Assembly: GCA_030264375.1 (NCBI GenBank) | Contig: JASCQW010000119.1 | Location: 48,075,237-48,139,236 of the forward strand | Length of the DNA: 64,000 bases | Origin: Carcharhinus longimanus | Lineage: Eukaryota | Direction of reading: 5' to 3' | Shown: in pieces, positions 51,032-64,000 of the stretch | Layout: every line of letters starts with the position of its first letter | How positions within the stretch are numbered: position 1 is the first letter of the stretch | Made by a program: the position numbers and the translations under genes | The notes under the pieces: model-generated | Told to the model about the DNA's origin: nothing | Database searches by the model: none | Seen by the model: the letters and a program-made list of their open reading frames with translations, nothing else

Positions 51032-52872
51032 ACTTACACTGGTTTACATATTTAATATTGTTTACTGTATGAACAGGAGTGCATACCCTGGGGATCTATG
51101 GTCAGTTTCCATCTTGGTGGTTTAGATAATTTGACAATTGCAAAATTGCAGCAAACCAATAAAGATACAAAATCAGACAAATGTAGATTTCAACATATGA
51201 ACATATTAAAAGGAGAATAAAATTATTTTTAAAAATTATAAAATACATTTGTTTAATAAAAGAAAATTAGAGATAGTGGGGTAGAAGTTTCACTTCAGAT
51301 GCAACCAACAATCCAGACCCTTTCTGCCTCTAAAGATGGATGTTAAACATTACACAACATTACTTGCCAAAGCATTCTCCTTGTGTCCAAACTAACATTC
51401 CTTCCTCAGCTAATTGGTAATACATCTCACTGATATTACATAGAAACTGGATGTAACATTTGCTCACATAACAACAGTATGAAGGATATACTATCATACA
51501 TAAATACAATGAGTAAAGATCAAAATAATCAACAATCCTTTCAAAATAAATTTTCAGATATAAAAAGGAAGGGACTGACATCCTTTGTGGGTGATGGCAG
51601 TGGGACGGAGGGGGGGAGGAGGGGGGAGGAGGGGGGAGGAGATGGTTTCCATTCCATTCAACTACCCTGAATTTCAGCTCATATGCACATTTGAAACAAA
51701 CAGATACTGTCTGCAATATATAAATGGGATCAAGAGGGAGATGATGGTGCAATGGGAATGTTATTGGACTGGTAATCCAGCAAGGAAGCCTTAAAACTGG
51801 AAAGACACCGCGGGATGTCTCATTTGTGCCATTGAAGTTGCTGGAAATGATTGCTTTACCCGGATCTTGTTAAAGCAGGAGGCAATTGATCTCAAAGAAT
51901 ATATTTTCTTGAGAACTGAATGCCAGATGAGACAAAGAGCCTATCCAAATGCAGCATATTAGCACAATGCAGCAATTCAAATGTGAGGACTAAATAAACA
52001 ATCTTCAAATTTAATTTTTGCAATCTTTTTTACAATTTGTTGAAGTTTGTGATATGTGCCTGAATGAAACAACCATCTGTCTTTCAAAATCTATCAAAGT
52101 CTGACCATGCCCCCTAATACATATCTAATGGATCACAATTCTTATAAATTTCACCCATGAAGATTAGTAGAAGAGCCAAATCTGCAATATCCAACTGAAA
52201 GGCATCTAGCTCGCAAAAACAAAATTCCTTCTCATTTTACCTTTGTTAGGAAGTCACAATGTCAAAGCCAATCAGTACCCTGTTTTCTGTTCAGTAAGGG
52301 CGTAACCCATGTTTGCATATCCACTTTATTTTTCGAATGGACATAAGTTTTAGATTCAGAAAACATTTGTAGGTAGTCATATCCTGACAATTTAAACTTG
52401 CTCTCAATCTGTACAAATGTAACTCAGATTAAAATCCATCTGAAAAAAAAGTCTTCATTTCCAATCTTCAACTTTAGTCAACCCATTCTGAAGCCAAATG
52501 GTGAGGAAGGAAACTAAGCATCGATCTTTACTTAACAGTAAAGATTTATTTATTTACAGACTTATTTACAGAATGCAGCATTATAAATGTCTGCCTCCTC
52601 CCCAACACCACCAAATGTCCCAGTAGTACCTATTTACTGCTTTGAGTAAGCCAATGGAGCAAAATAAACTAATTGACAGATTAACTAATTAAATTGAGAG
52701 CCCTTAAAGGAGCACATATACCCTATTTATAGTCTATTTTAATAAAAAAATCAGTAAATCAAATTAATGAGAGGGATGACAGACCCTGGCGGGACACTGC
52801 AGCAGAAATGAAGATTGCCTGCTCATCAATTGTGTGGTAGAATGAATGGTGACATGAGCAGCCTCTGCTGGC

Positions 52873-52998
52873 AAAAGGACCCTACTGCACCTGATATTTT
52901 TCAGGTGGTCTCCCATCCAAGTACTAACCAGGCCTAAGTCTGCTTAGTGTCAGTGATCAGATAAGATCAGGCATTTTCTGACTAGAGTGGCTGTAGGC
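52873..52998 (-). pseudogene. Diverged full-length 5S rRNA copy with TTTT terminator
   Basis: Minus strand GCCTACAGCC...CTAAGCAG...GGCCTGGTTAGTACTTGGATGGGAGACC...CAGGTGCAGTAGG..TTTT. Box C is intact; the 5' half has many substitutions. Confidence 0.85.
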
Positions 52999-53814
52999 AA
53001 GTCTCTCTTTATACGCTTTTTACTGTTACAAAAAAGCAGCAAAAATGAAAGGGATAATAGCCCTTGGTGGGGCACTGTAACTAAAACAAAAACCTGAAAG
53101 TCTCTCTTTATATGTACTCAAGATACTTAATCAATCAATGCCTTCCACTTATATATCCCCAACCATAATAATACAATGAATACATAATTAGCACATTGTT
53201 AATCAACTTGCTATCAACTGTGGCTCAGAATCAGAAACTCCAGTGCAGTACCAAGGGAATGTTACACTGTTGGAGGTGCAATCTCTCAGGTGAGACTTTA
53301 AACTGAGACCCTAAATGCCCTCACAGATGGACGTTATAGATCCCATGGCACAATTTCCAAAGAATGGCAGGGGAGTTATCCCTAGTATCCTAGCAGTTCC
53401 TCAATCAGCATCACAGAAATATGATCCAATCATTATCATAATGCTATTTGAGATTTCTTACTGTGTATGAATTTGCTGTCACATTTCCTGTATGACAACA
53501 GTGACTACACTTCAAATGTATGTTCTTGGATGTGAAGAACTTTATGGGCTTTGGTTTCAAAAGGTGTAAATAAATAAGAAACATGTTGTATATATGCAAT
53601 GCAAGTATTTCATTTTTCAAATAAAATTCATACAACACAAATAGCAGGAAATTACTTTTGTGTCTGCTGAGGTCCAAACCACATTAGCAAATATCCAGAT
53701 CACAATTAGCATGCTCACATTACCAGATACTTCAGTAATGTACATAGATGTGCCCATTATCAATTTAAATCAATTAACCAATCCAGATAGCTTGAAAACA
53801 GCAGAATTTATTTA

Positions 53815-55320
53815 AACATAAGAACAAAGAGAAGGAGGAGGAAATTCAGTCCCTTGAGCCTGCTCTGCCAATTAATATGATCATAGAATCTCTATAGTGC
53901 AGAAGGAGGCCATTTGGCCTATCAAATCTGCCCCGACCACAATCCCACACAAGTCCTATTCCTGTAACCCCACATATTTACCTTNNNNNNNNNNCACCTT
54001 GGTCAATTTAGTATGGACAATCAACCTAACCTGTACATCTTTGATCATGGCTAATCTAATCTAATCTCAGTCTCATCTCCATCTTCCTGCCTGCTCCCCA
54101 TAATTCTTCATCTCACTACTAATTAAAAACCTATCCACCTCCTTAAATTTGTTCAGTGTTCCAGCGTCCACTGCACTCTGGAGTAGAGAATTCCACAGAT
54201 TCATGGTCCTTTGAGTAAAGTAATTCCTCCTCATTTCTATTTTAAAGCTGCCACCTCTTAGCCTAAAACTATGGCCTCTCATTCTATGTCCAACAAGGGG
54301 AAACATCCACTCTATGTCTACCCTGTTAATCCCCTTAAGCATCTTATATGCCTCAATTTGATCTCCTCTCATTCTTCTAAACTCCAGCAAGTATAGGTCT
54401 AAACTGTTCAATCTCTCTCATAAGACAAGATCTTCATCCCTGGAATCAATCTGGTGAACCTTCTTTGAACTACCTCTAATGCATTTAGTGCATTAATGGG
54501 GACCAAAACTTTGCGTAGTCTTCCAGATGTGGAAGACAACAATGTCCTATACAGTTGCAATAACACTTTCCTACTTTTGTATTCTATTCAGTTTAGTTCA
54601 GTTGGATGGACAGCTGGTTAGAGACACTAACAGTGTGGGTTCAATTCTCTACCAGCTGAGGTTATTCGTGAAGGCCCACTTTTTCAATCTTGCCCCTCAC
54701 CTGAGATGTAGTGATCCTCAGGTGAAATCACAACCAGTCAGTGTCTATGGTTATCTGGGGCTATGGTGACTTTGTTTTTATTCTATTCCATTAGCAATGA
54801 ATGCCAAAATTCCAACTGCCTTCCTTATTACCTGCTTCACTGCGTACAAATTTTCTGCAATTCATTCATGAGAATACCCAAATCCCTCTGCACCAAAGTA
54901 TTTTGAAGTTGCCTTTTTATTCTTCTGACCAAAATGGATAAGCTCACATTTCTAAGCATTAAATTCGATCTGCCAAATTTTGACCTAACCTATCCATATC
55001 CTTTATAAATTTCTTATTTCCTCATTGCAACTTGCTTTCCCACCTATTTTAGTGTTATTTGCAAATTTTGCTATAGTACATTCTATCCCTGCATCCAAGT
55101 CATTAATATAGATTGTAAATAGTTGGGACCCTGACACCTAATCCTGTAGAACACCACAAGTTAAAGCTTGCCAGCCAGAAAAATAACATTTATCCCCACT
55201 CTCTGTTTTCTGTTGGTTAGCCAATCCTTTAATATGTTACCCCAACTCCATGGAACCTTTTGTGCAGCACCTTATCAAATGCCTTCTGCAAGTCCAGGTA
55301 TATCACATCTACAGTACTCC
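53815..55320 (-). mobile_element. CR1 LINE 3' portion with nested SINEs (53883-54042, 54588-54772)
   Basis: LEFRRMRGDQIEAYKMLKG...RNYFTQRTMNLWNSL motif. Confidence 0.8.
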
Positions 55321-55415
55321 AATTCTCCACTTTGCTCGTTACATGAAATAAACAAATCACAGATGTGCAACATTTGTTTGTACAGGATGATAGGTGTGTA
55401 TTTGTATGAATGCTA

Positions 55416-57137
55416 CAGATTTCATATCTTTAAACAAAAACAAACTTTTTTTGTATAAGAAAATTAAACCAAGTAAGTACCATTAATTAAACACAATAGT
55501 TTGTAAAGACTGTTCTGTAAGCTTAGTTCTACTTTTTACTTGCACTTGCACCATCCCTGTTTCTCCCCACCCCGGCCTCCCCGTTCTCAAGAGTTCCCTT
55601 ATGTTATCAAATCTTGGGGCTTCTGTCACTGTTTCTGTGACTAACCCAAAAGGTATGCTACAGCCCTTCAGAATCTACTTCATCTTAGTGTTCCAGCTAT
55701 TCCTCCCAGGTAAGATTCTATGGGAAATCTCCCACTATCTTTGGCTACGCAGCTCTCCACATTTTCCTTTACCAACCTCATGACTGTGGATGTCTCAGCT
55801 CCTTGTTCAGGTTGCCAGCTGATAACCAATAGCTCTCCCACAGCTTCCCAAGCTAACTCTGCTGACCTCTCTGCCACAAGGCTCTGTGAGGACCACTGTT
55901 GCTCCTGTCAGATCCCAAACTGAACTGCTTGCCCCAATTTAACTGACCGGAAAAAGTGGTCTGAGGGGACACTTTCTCTGCTATCAATATCGAGAGAAGC
56001 TGCTATCACCAAGAGGGATCTGGATGGAAGTAGCTACCAGTGCAAGGGATATGAAAAGAAGCTGATGTTGTCACTTCCCTTGTGAAAAATGGATATTGTT
56101 GTTTCTTGGATGGACATAGTTGGATGTTTTGTTTGTTCTAATTAAAAGCTGTTATTTCCCTGACAGCCAAAGACCAAGTTATAACCTTGACAGGAAAATT
56201 CTCGGTTGCTAGCTAGAAATATATTGGAAGGAAAGTGTTTCTGAGAAAAACATTGGGGGGATGGGCAGCAATGGAAAGCAGTGGAAGAGAAAAGCTGGTA
56301 CCACTACCTGAAAATAACATACTGCATTGATTTTGAACTTTATTTCATTCAAGATTGCCCATAAGGGTGATATGTAACAAATCGTTGCTTAAAGATTTTT
56401 CGTTAAAAGCATTTGTTTTAATTTTAAATCAAGATGTTTTCTTTGTTTTTTTTATCTTTGATGATGTTTTGTTTTTAAGTTGTTTTATATTCAGTATATT
56501 TAAGAATAATTAATAGACTTTTTATTCAGTTAATCAATTTAATGGAATACAGAGATGAAATGCTATTTAAATATTATTATGTTACGATCCTGTTAGGGAA
56601 TCTTAATGTTTAAAGAAGTACTCCAAACACACAGGAATTAACCAGCAGAACTATGTGACAGATTTCATATCTTTAAACAAAAACAAACTTTATTGAATGT
56701 AAAAAAGAATTAAAGTAAGTACTATTAATTCAACACTATAGTTTATAAAGACTTATGCTGTAAGTTTAGTTCTACTTGTTACTTCTACTTGCACTACCAC
56801 CCCCTGCCCACCATCCCCCGCTTATGTTATCAAATCTTGGGGTTTCAGTCATTGTTTCTGGGATTAACCCAAAAGGTATGCCACAGCCCTTCAGGATTAA
56901 CTTCATCTTAGCATTCTAGCTATTCCTCCTGGTGAGATTCTATGGGAAACCATATGGCTGTCCACCTTTGCCTTTACCAATCTCATGACTGTGGATGCCT
57001 CAGCTCATTATTCAGATGGACAGCTGATAATCAATTGCTTTCCCACAGCTTCCCAACCTAGTTCTGCTAACTGCTTTCTGCCAGAAAGCCCTGTGAGGAC
57101 CACTGCCCCTGTCAGATTCCAAACTGAGCTGCTTGCC
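55416..57137. repeat. Diverged ~500-bp direct repeat (55416-55935 vs 56660-57137), LTR-derived
   Basis: Both copies run from cagatttcatatctttaaacaaaaacaaactt to ctgtcagat.ccaaactga.ctgcttgcc. Confidence 0.75.
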
Positions 57138-58427
57138 TCAGTCAACAAACACTCACAGATACACCAAACAAAAGAACTTTCTGACCAAGGCTGAATCAAT
57201 CTCTTGATGGCAAGATGACAATCATGGTGTGTTCCTAAATAGAAATGCAAGATTTTAATTCCAAAGCTTTTCTTGATTCTGGGAAACCATATGAACAATT
57301 TATATGCTTAATGGAGTTTTATGATAATCTTTCCCAGATTGAAAGCTTTTAGCTTATTTTTTCAAAGTAACAATAGACAATCTATAGGTGGAGACCTAGA
57401 AATGGATCAGATATGCTTCAGTGTTTACACTTCAACTCCAAACTTGCAAGATGAACATTTGTCAACTTTTAACTATAACTAACTCCAAGTTTGCTTGAAT
57501 TGCACTTATTTCAGGATTGCTAATGTGACACTGTTGTGCCTTTATGAAATGTATATTAATCATGTTTGTCTGCAGTTCTTTTTAGAGGGCCTGGCCTTTT
57601 TTGGTTGTTGGATACCATCTGTATCCATATCTTTTATGGTTGTTGTAGCAAGATAATTGCAGCAATGTTTATTTTTAATTTGGGCCTAATGGATGTCCTG
57701 GAGTTTATGAGTCTTTTGTATTATCTGATTTGCGACTGATTTACAGGTCAAGGTCAGATGGTTTCTTCACAGGGAAAATCCAAAACTCACTTTCAGTTTA
57801 GTTAGAAGCTGTTTGGAATCCAGACTGAAAACAGTGTTTGTGTCTCTCTCGCTGGTATTGGAAATTTAGCTGTTGATAGCTGGCTAGCTAGTAACGAAAG
57901 GCAAGGATTTCCTCTGTCTCTTGAGGTTGTTGAACATTCCAGGATTGAAAGGCCTCAGCATTTTCAACTCAACGTCCAAAGGAATAAACCACAGTAGGGG
58001 TTGCAATGCTTATTTTCTGTGCTAAGCCAAAACCGGGGTGTATGTTTGTAAGAATGTTTATGTTGGAACAGTTTAGTTGGCTATTAAGGTTTATACAATA
58101 TTATGTTGTTTCTTTCTTGGTAAAATTTATTGCTAATTGTCTTTTTATTTGTTAACTGTAATCTTAAATAAATTTGTTTTACAAAGGCTCCCTTGTGTGT
58201 CATTGGAATTATAGCTGGAGTGACTTACCCATACCAAATTCAAAGTGCAAAACTTATGGTCTAGGCTGTCTTTATAAAACACCTTGGAGTTTCTGACCTG
58301 AATTGTAACACGAATCACAGTGTTTCAATCTGATGCCCTCACTTGTCTATAGTTAAACCTTTAGTTCCTAACACTAAAATTTGTATCCTAAAACATGTGA
58401 GTTATGATGAGCTAGATATCTGCAACA
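56580..58427. mobile_element. Solo LTR containing a second solo LTR (57524-58310)
   Basis: Outer element TGTTACGA...TGCAACA with atta/gtta flanks; inner element TGTGACA...TGTAACA with ctaa/cgaa flanks. Confidence 0.55.
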
Positions 58428-58498
58428 GTTAGGACTGTTGTCTGTTACAACTATCAGATGAATGGCAGTCATTTTAAAATAATATTAGTAAAGATGTT

Positions 58499-59660
58499 AG
58501 CCGGAATTCTCCCAAAAGATCTAAGTGTCGAAAACTGGAATAACTCACACTTTTGTTTTCAGTGGGAGTTCAGTGAAGAATCTTCCACACTCTGTGCATT
58601 GCAGAGACCACTACTGTAAAGATCATTAAAAACTCGGGAGGAGGAACATATTCACACCAGGGAGGCTTAAATCAGCGTGTTGGGTAAGCCACTGTGCATG
58701 TGCCGATCCGCATTGACGGCCTTCCAATTGCTGGCCAGCTCCATGACCCCTCCACCAGTGCACCTACCCCCACCCCCCACCCCCACTGCCCGATCACTGG
58801 TCCTGCAACCATTCTTGGGCCCAGCTCCAACACCTGCTCCCCCCCACCCCCCAGATCTCCATAAGTTACTGCCCCGCAATCCTGACCCACCCCCCCACAG
58901 ACTTCCCCAGTGGTCCTGACTTGCACAGCAGTCCCATCAACCCCAGCAGTCCTGACCCCTTCCTGCAGTACCGACCCGCCAAGCAGTCCCGACCCCACTC
59001 CACAGTGCCAACTTCCCCCTGTAGTCCTGAACACCCCAGCCAACGTCCCCTGCCCCAGCACATCCCGATCACTGGCCTCCCATCTTGCCCTGCCGATTTC
59101 CCCGAGGCCTCGCTCCCTAGGCCCCCTCTCTAGGCCCTACCCCCACATGCCCTGCCTCTGGGTCCCATTCCCCTTTCCCCTGCCCCTAGGTCCTGCCCCA
59201 TGTGCCCCATCTCCTTGATATTTCCCCATTCTTGATGGGCAGTGCCACGATGCCCCCTGGGCATTGGCAAGTTGCCCCTTGGACAATGCCAGGCTGCCAT
59301 TGCCCAAGGGCCACCCCACCCTGCATGTGCCCAAACCTGTGGCGGTCCCCCTTCACTCCAGCGGGGTCAGGCCTATAACTCTCCAATGGAGCTACTGTTA
59401 ACCCTGCTGGAGTGACATACTCCTAGCAGGGCCGGCGAGGCTAGACATCAACCCCTTGGCCTGCTAACAGGATTTAAAATATATGGTAATATTAATTACC
59501 GTAATTAATGCATTTCCCTGCCGATTTCCAGCGTGGAGTTGACTCTGCCGGAAATCCAGTGCTGGGAGATGCGAGCATGGATCCCGTGCATCAAGCACCA
59601 CTGGAATTTCCCAGCCCCTTGTACAAAAAAATTATCACAGTGAAATAGGAGAATCGCTCC
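58499..59660. mobile_element. GC-rich non-autonomous DNA transposon (Harbinger-like MITE)
   Basis: Imperfect ends gccggaattctccc / ggagaatcgctcc; C-rich interior with no coherent ORF. Confidence 0.45.
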
Positions 59661-61671
59661 TGTGTAATAATTTAAGATTCAATTGTTTGTTTTATCTGTC
59701 CACTCAAAACCATAAAATAAGAATACAAAACTGCAAAATATCTAAAATTAATATCTCAGTGACTGCAGCTTATTTTATTGCACTATTGCAATTTAATATT
59801 TGTAGCTCTGAAAGTAATATTCCTAAGTTTTAATTATGATGCACTCATACATTTCTCATCTTGATAAGTAAGGATTTAAACAATTAAGTGTATATGAATT
59901 TTAAAAGTTACAGGTTTTTAATCACTAGAACACATTATTGTTTTTTTCTTAGCTATGGGAATGAGGTGACTGATCCATGCGCTTTACCAATTTCCCTTCC
60001 CCAAGTTCTTCTTTTGGTCTCATTTTTAAAATGGCCAGACCTTACTGGAACATGGCCATCTTGTGACACAACCCATCTTTTAGACAATTCCCCTCACTCT
60101 TAAGCTTGAAAGTGTTTTATTCTGCAGGTAAATCAGGTAAGAAAGATAAGTAGAGAGAGAGAGAAAGAAAGATTTGGTTAGAAACAAGATGTACTCAAAA
60201 ACTTAGAACGATATCCAATGCACCTTTATTTAAATCAACTTTGGCACTCGTGTACCATTTTTCTCTATTAGATCTCAATCGACTTTCAGTGAGATCTTTA
60301 ACAGGAAAAAAAAGTTACATTTTAAAATGTTAACAAAATTGTAACAAATTACTACCTGTGTGAATGAGAATCTGTCATTTAAATTGTTCTTTCTTCTGAG
60401 CTGAAGAGGTCAAGAGAATTGTAATTATATAAATATCATCATCAAAAAGGTGCTTGTACTGTTTAAGTAATAGTCTGAACAATCTGTGCCAAGTTTAATT
60501 TGCAAAAAAAGTGCAAATAGAGGAATATTTGAGACTGCAGTGAGGGTGAGGATGAGCTGCCATTCTTATGGGGATAACTGCCTAGCAGTGCAACTCATCC
60601 AGCAACCCATGGTGATTTTCTATTCACGGGCCATTGTGTCCTTGTCACCGTTTGCTGAACGATTTATGCATTGGTGCCTCCTTCTGTACTGTAACCATTC
60701 TGTGATTCTGGAATGGGGCAGGTATTAAATTTGCCATAATTTGGGCTGTTGATTATTGGCCATTCCCTCCATTTCCCGGTCCCTCACACATCCCACACAG
60801 TCAGCAGCAATGACCTCACTTGCACTACACTGAGATTTTGGCATGCCTTAATAGTGTACAAATTCATAGATGCTTCAGTGTGATATTTTGTACACATTGC
60901 CAGATGTCAGCTATTTCATGCAGCCACTGTGTTTTGGAACCGTCTAGTAGTACAAATAATTCAAACCCATTTTTTAAATACTTGAGAATATGCCAAAAGG
61001 AATATAGGCAATTTTAGCATGTCCTTGCCTTAGGACATGGTGTATAGGCTTGTCCAAATTTGACAATCTGAAAATTGTGGCTTGTTCCTATGATCAGAGG
61101 TTCTATAAATTGCTTATTTTTTAAAGATAAAGTTATCAATGTAAATACAACACTCCTAATTTATATTTGAGATTTTCCTTAAAATTAACTATATTTTTAT
61201 TGATTGAGTAAATATTTACATTCAAATCCATGCTCCAATTCCTGCATTATTTTTCAGCTTTCTTAAGATTCTCACAAATCACTCCCTAACAACGAACATA
61301 AAAAAGACACTGTTAGTTGTCTTCTCCTTTGTCCAGGCTATCTGCCAGTGTAATACAGAATGTTCTGACCTGTGATTTTCCTTCCTCTCTAGGGAAGTGC
61401 CTGTCCTCCTTACCTTCTTTCAGAGGATACAATTATGACTGAGCAATTACTAAGTAATGATTGAATTGGCCAATGTTGTACCAAACTGCTCTTTAAATGT
61501 GAAAATATATTAACCAGAAACTATAACATTGTTAGCATTGATTCTGCAGCAAGTATGAGTCAACAACTTGATAAATGCCAAATAAAAACTGTGGTTGACA
61601 TTTAGTTTGAATGATTATTAACAGCAAAAATATAATGAAAAATAATTTACCTATGAAATGAGCGTGAACTT

Positions 61672-61958
61672 CATAAAATCTCTACAGCGCAGAAGGAGTG
61701 CATTTGGCCCATCAAGCCTGCACTGACAACAATCCCACCCAAGCCCACTCCACGAGTCCCCCTGACACTAAGGGGCAATTTTGCATGATTAATCAGCCTA
61801 ACGTGTACATCTTTGGAGTGTGGCAGGAAACCAGGGCACCCGGAAGAAACCATTGTAGACATGGGGAGAAAGTGCAGATTCCATAGACAGTGACCCGAGG
61901 CCTCAATTGAACCCGGGTCCCTGGCACTGTGAGGAAACAGTGCTAACCACTGTGCCAG
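61672..61958 (-). mobile_element. HE1-like V-SINE
   Basis: Homologous to 46502-46792. Confidence 0.8.
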
Positions 61959-62199
61959 CAACTTAAGGCTATTCATATATTGTGGGGAGTACTTTGAAAG
62001 CAGTATCAAACTATGGTAGTCTACATATTGCCCCATGCCACGCAAAACACAACTCTACATATTCACACTTCCTCTACTTACGCATAGAGCCTTGCCAACC
62101 ATGGTTCAAACGCCACTAAAATTCCGAAACCTAATAAAGAGCTGACTGTCCAGTTTCCTTAGAAATGTGAAAATTACACACTACTAGACAGTATTTACA

Positions 62200-63465
62200 G
62201 CTCAGAAACAAAGCCATTCGGCTCAACAGAACCATGCAGGTATTAATGTTCCACATAAGCCTCCTCTCACTTTTCTTCATGAAAACTGCCCTTTTCCTTG
62301 CAGCCTCATATGCTTATTTAACTTCTCTTTAAATGCATCTTTGCCACTTGATTCACCTACTCCTTGTCAAAGCAAGTTGTGCATTCTCAACAATTTCTGG
62401 GTAAAAATGTTTCTCTTGAATTCCCTGTTGGGTGTACTAGTACCTTACATGCACCCCTTGTTCTGATCACCCCTACAGGTGGAAGCATCTTCTCCATTTC
62501 TACTCCATCAAGCCCTTTCAATATCTTAACAATCTCTATCAGATCACTCCCTTCCTTTGCGAGAGAAGAGCCCCAGCCTGTTCAACCTTTCCTTTTTTCA
62601 GTTTGTTCCTGGGATGTGGATGTCATTAGCTAGGCCAGCATTTACTGCACATTCCTATTTGCCCTTGAGAAGGTGCTATTGGATACAGGCTGGAATCTTC
62701 TGGCTGTCTACACCAGTGGGATTCTCTGGTCCCACTGCAGTGAACAGAGATTTCACTAAAAACCAAAATCTCCGTCCTCACTTACAGTGGCAACAAAGCT
62801 AGATTGGCTAGAAAATTCCCACCATAATCTCTGAGTTCTACTATCATTTTAGCACTTTTTGCACCTCCTCAATGCTTCTAGATCTTATTCTATGATACTG
62901 AGGCCAGAACTGTTCACAGTACTCCAAGTATGATCTAATCGGCACAGTAGCACAGCAGTTAGCACTGCTGCTTCACAGCACCAGGGACCACGGTTCAATT
63001 CCTGACTTGGGTCACTGTCTGAGTGGAGTTTGCATGTTCTCCCTGTGTCTGCGTGGGTCTCTCCCCACATTCTGAAAGACTGCTGGTTGGGTGCATTGAC
63101 CTGAACAGGTGTTGGAATGTGGAGACTAGGGCAATTTCACAGTAACTTCATTGCAGTTTAATGTAGGCCTTACTTGTGATTAATAAATAAACTTTTTTTC
63201 AAGTTTCTATAGAAGTTTAACACAACTTCTCTGTTTTTCATTTCTAATCCTCTAGAAACGAACCACAGTGATTTTTTTAAATGGCCTTACAAACTTTCAT
63301 TACTACTTTTAGTAGTTTGTGCATCTATGTCCCCAATGCCTTCTACCCTTCCATCCTATTTAGACAATTATCTACCAAGGACCATCTTATTCTTCCAACC
63401 AAAATATACCACCTCGTACTTGTCTGTATTTAAGTTCAATTGTCAATTACACATCCATTCTGCAA
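62200..63465 (-). mobile_element. Old CR1 3' portion with nested SINE/MITE pieces (V-SINE head at 62941-63192, +)
   Basis: CR1 tail gccattcggctcaac at ~62213 and a LDHTWSTVNS region. SINE begins ggcacagtagcacagcagttagcactgctg. Confidence 0.6.
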
Positions 63466-63519
63466 GATGGCTAGATGAATTCCTGGAAACACTGTTCCAG
63501 ATGTAACATCCAACAACTG

Positions 63520-64000
63520 GGAGGTGATGGCCTAGTGGTATTATTGCTAGACTATTAATCCAGAAACTCAGCTAATGTTCTGGGAACCCAGGTTCATATA
63601 TTTCCATGGCAGATGGAAGAATTTGAGTATCTGGAAGAATATTTTGAATTAAGAATTTACTGATGATCATGAAAACCATTATCAATTGTCAGAAAAACCC
63701 ACCTAGTTCACTAATGTCCTTTAGGGAAGGAAATCTGCTGTCCTTACCCAGTTTGGCTTACATGTGACTCCAGTGTCAAGGCAATGTGGTTGACTCTCAA
63801 CTGTCCNNNNNNNNNNNNNNNNNNNNNNNNNNNNNNNNNNNNNNNNNNNNNNNNNNNNNNNNNNNNNNNNNNNNNNNNNNNNNNNNNNNNNNNNNNNNNN
63901 NNNNNNCCTTACCCAGTTTGGCTTACATGTGACTCCAGTGTCAAGGCAATGTGGTTGACTCTCAACTGTCCTCAGGCAACTAGGGATGGGCAATAAATGT
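63520..64000 (+). mobile_element. tRNA-derived SINE (spans gap)
   Basis: tggcctagtgg box A, body tttagggaaggaaatctg...gggcaataaatg. Confidence 0.65.

Noticed and set aside
51602-51642. G-rich (ggaggggg)n tract with G-quadruplex potential; (TA)n at ~42565 and (AG)n at ~60152
   Set aside because: Ordinary simple repeats with no supporting context.
58667-59386. Cluster of overlapping Pro/Gly-rich ORFs
   Set aside because: Result of C-rich low complexity inside a MITE-like element.
60112-60142. Polypyrimidine-CAG|GTAAATCAG|GTAAG resembling a recursive splice site or microexon
   Set aside because: On the plus strand, opposite to the host gene; no other evidence of a plus-strand transcript.
62941-63010. 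tRNA-like box A/B sequences here and in other SINE heads
   Set aside because: These are SINE 5' heads followed by SINE bodies, not cloverleaf tRNA genes.
63742-63971. 65-bp exact repeat flanking a 100-N gap
   Set aside because: Assembly overlap artefact within a SINE.
1-64000. CRISPR arrays or prokaryotic operons
   Set aside because: No regularly spaced repeats or gene-dense structure; the sequence is vertebrate intron DNA.

Overview
Vertebrate genomic DNA, very likely a cartilaginous fish (shark). This rests on the repeat landscape: HE1-like V-SINEs, CR1/HER1 tails, L2, RTE and Penelope elements. The assembly is scaffolded with N gaps. The whole window appears to be intragenic, with three internal coding exons of a NOL4-family gene (most like NOL4L) on the minus strand at 33081-32926, 19065-18954 and 18850-18741. 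Together they encode an HHCC integrase-type zinc-finger region. The rest is giant-intron sequence filled with nested, mostly decayed transposons: L2, CR1, RTE, Penelope, two Gypsy elements, solo LTRs, two oppositely oriented GalEa-like Copia elements, SINEs and MITEs. The most unusual signals are (1) a U2 snRNA 5'-headed sequence split by a young CR1, (2) small fold-back Penelope-type insertions with target-site duplications (TSDs) and minimal hammerhead ribozyme cores, and (3) an orphan 5S rRNA copy with spacer-like repeats on both sides. Most ORFs in the supplied track are spurious or transposon remnants. All family assignments come from motif recognition by eye, not from database searches.
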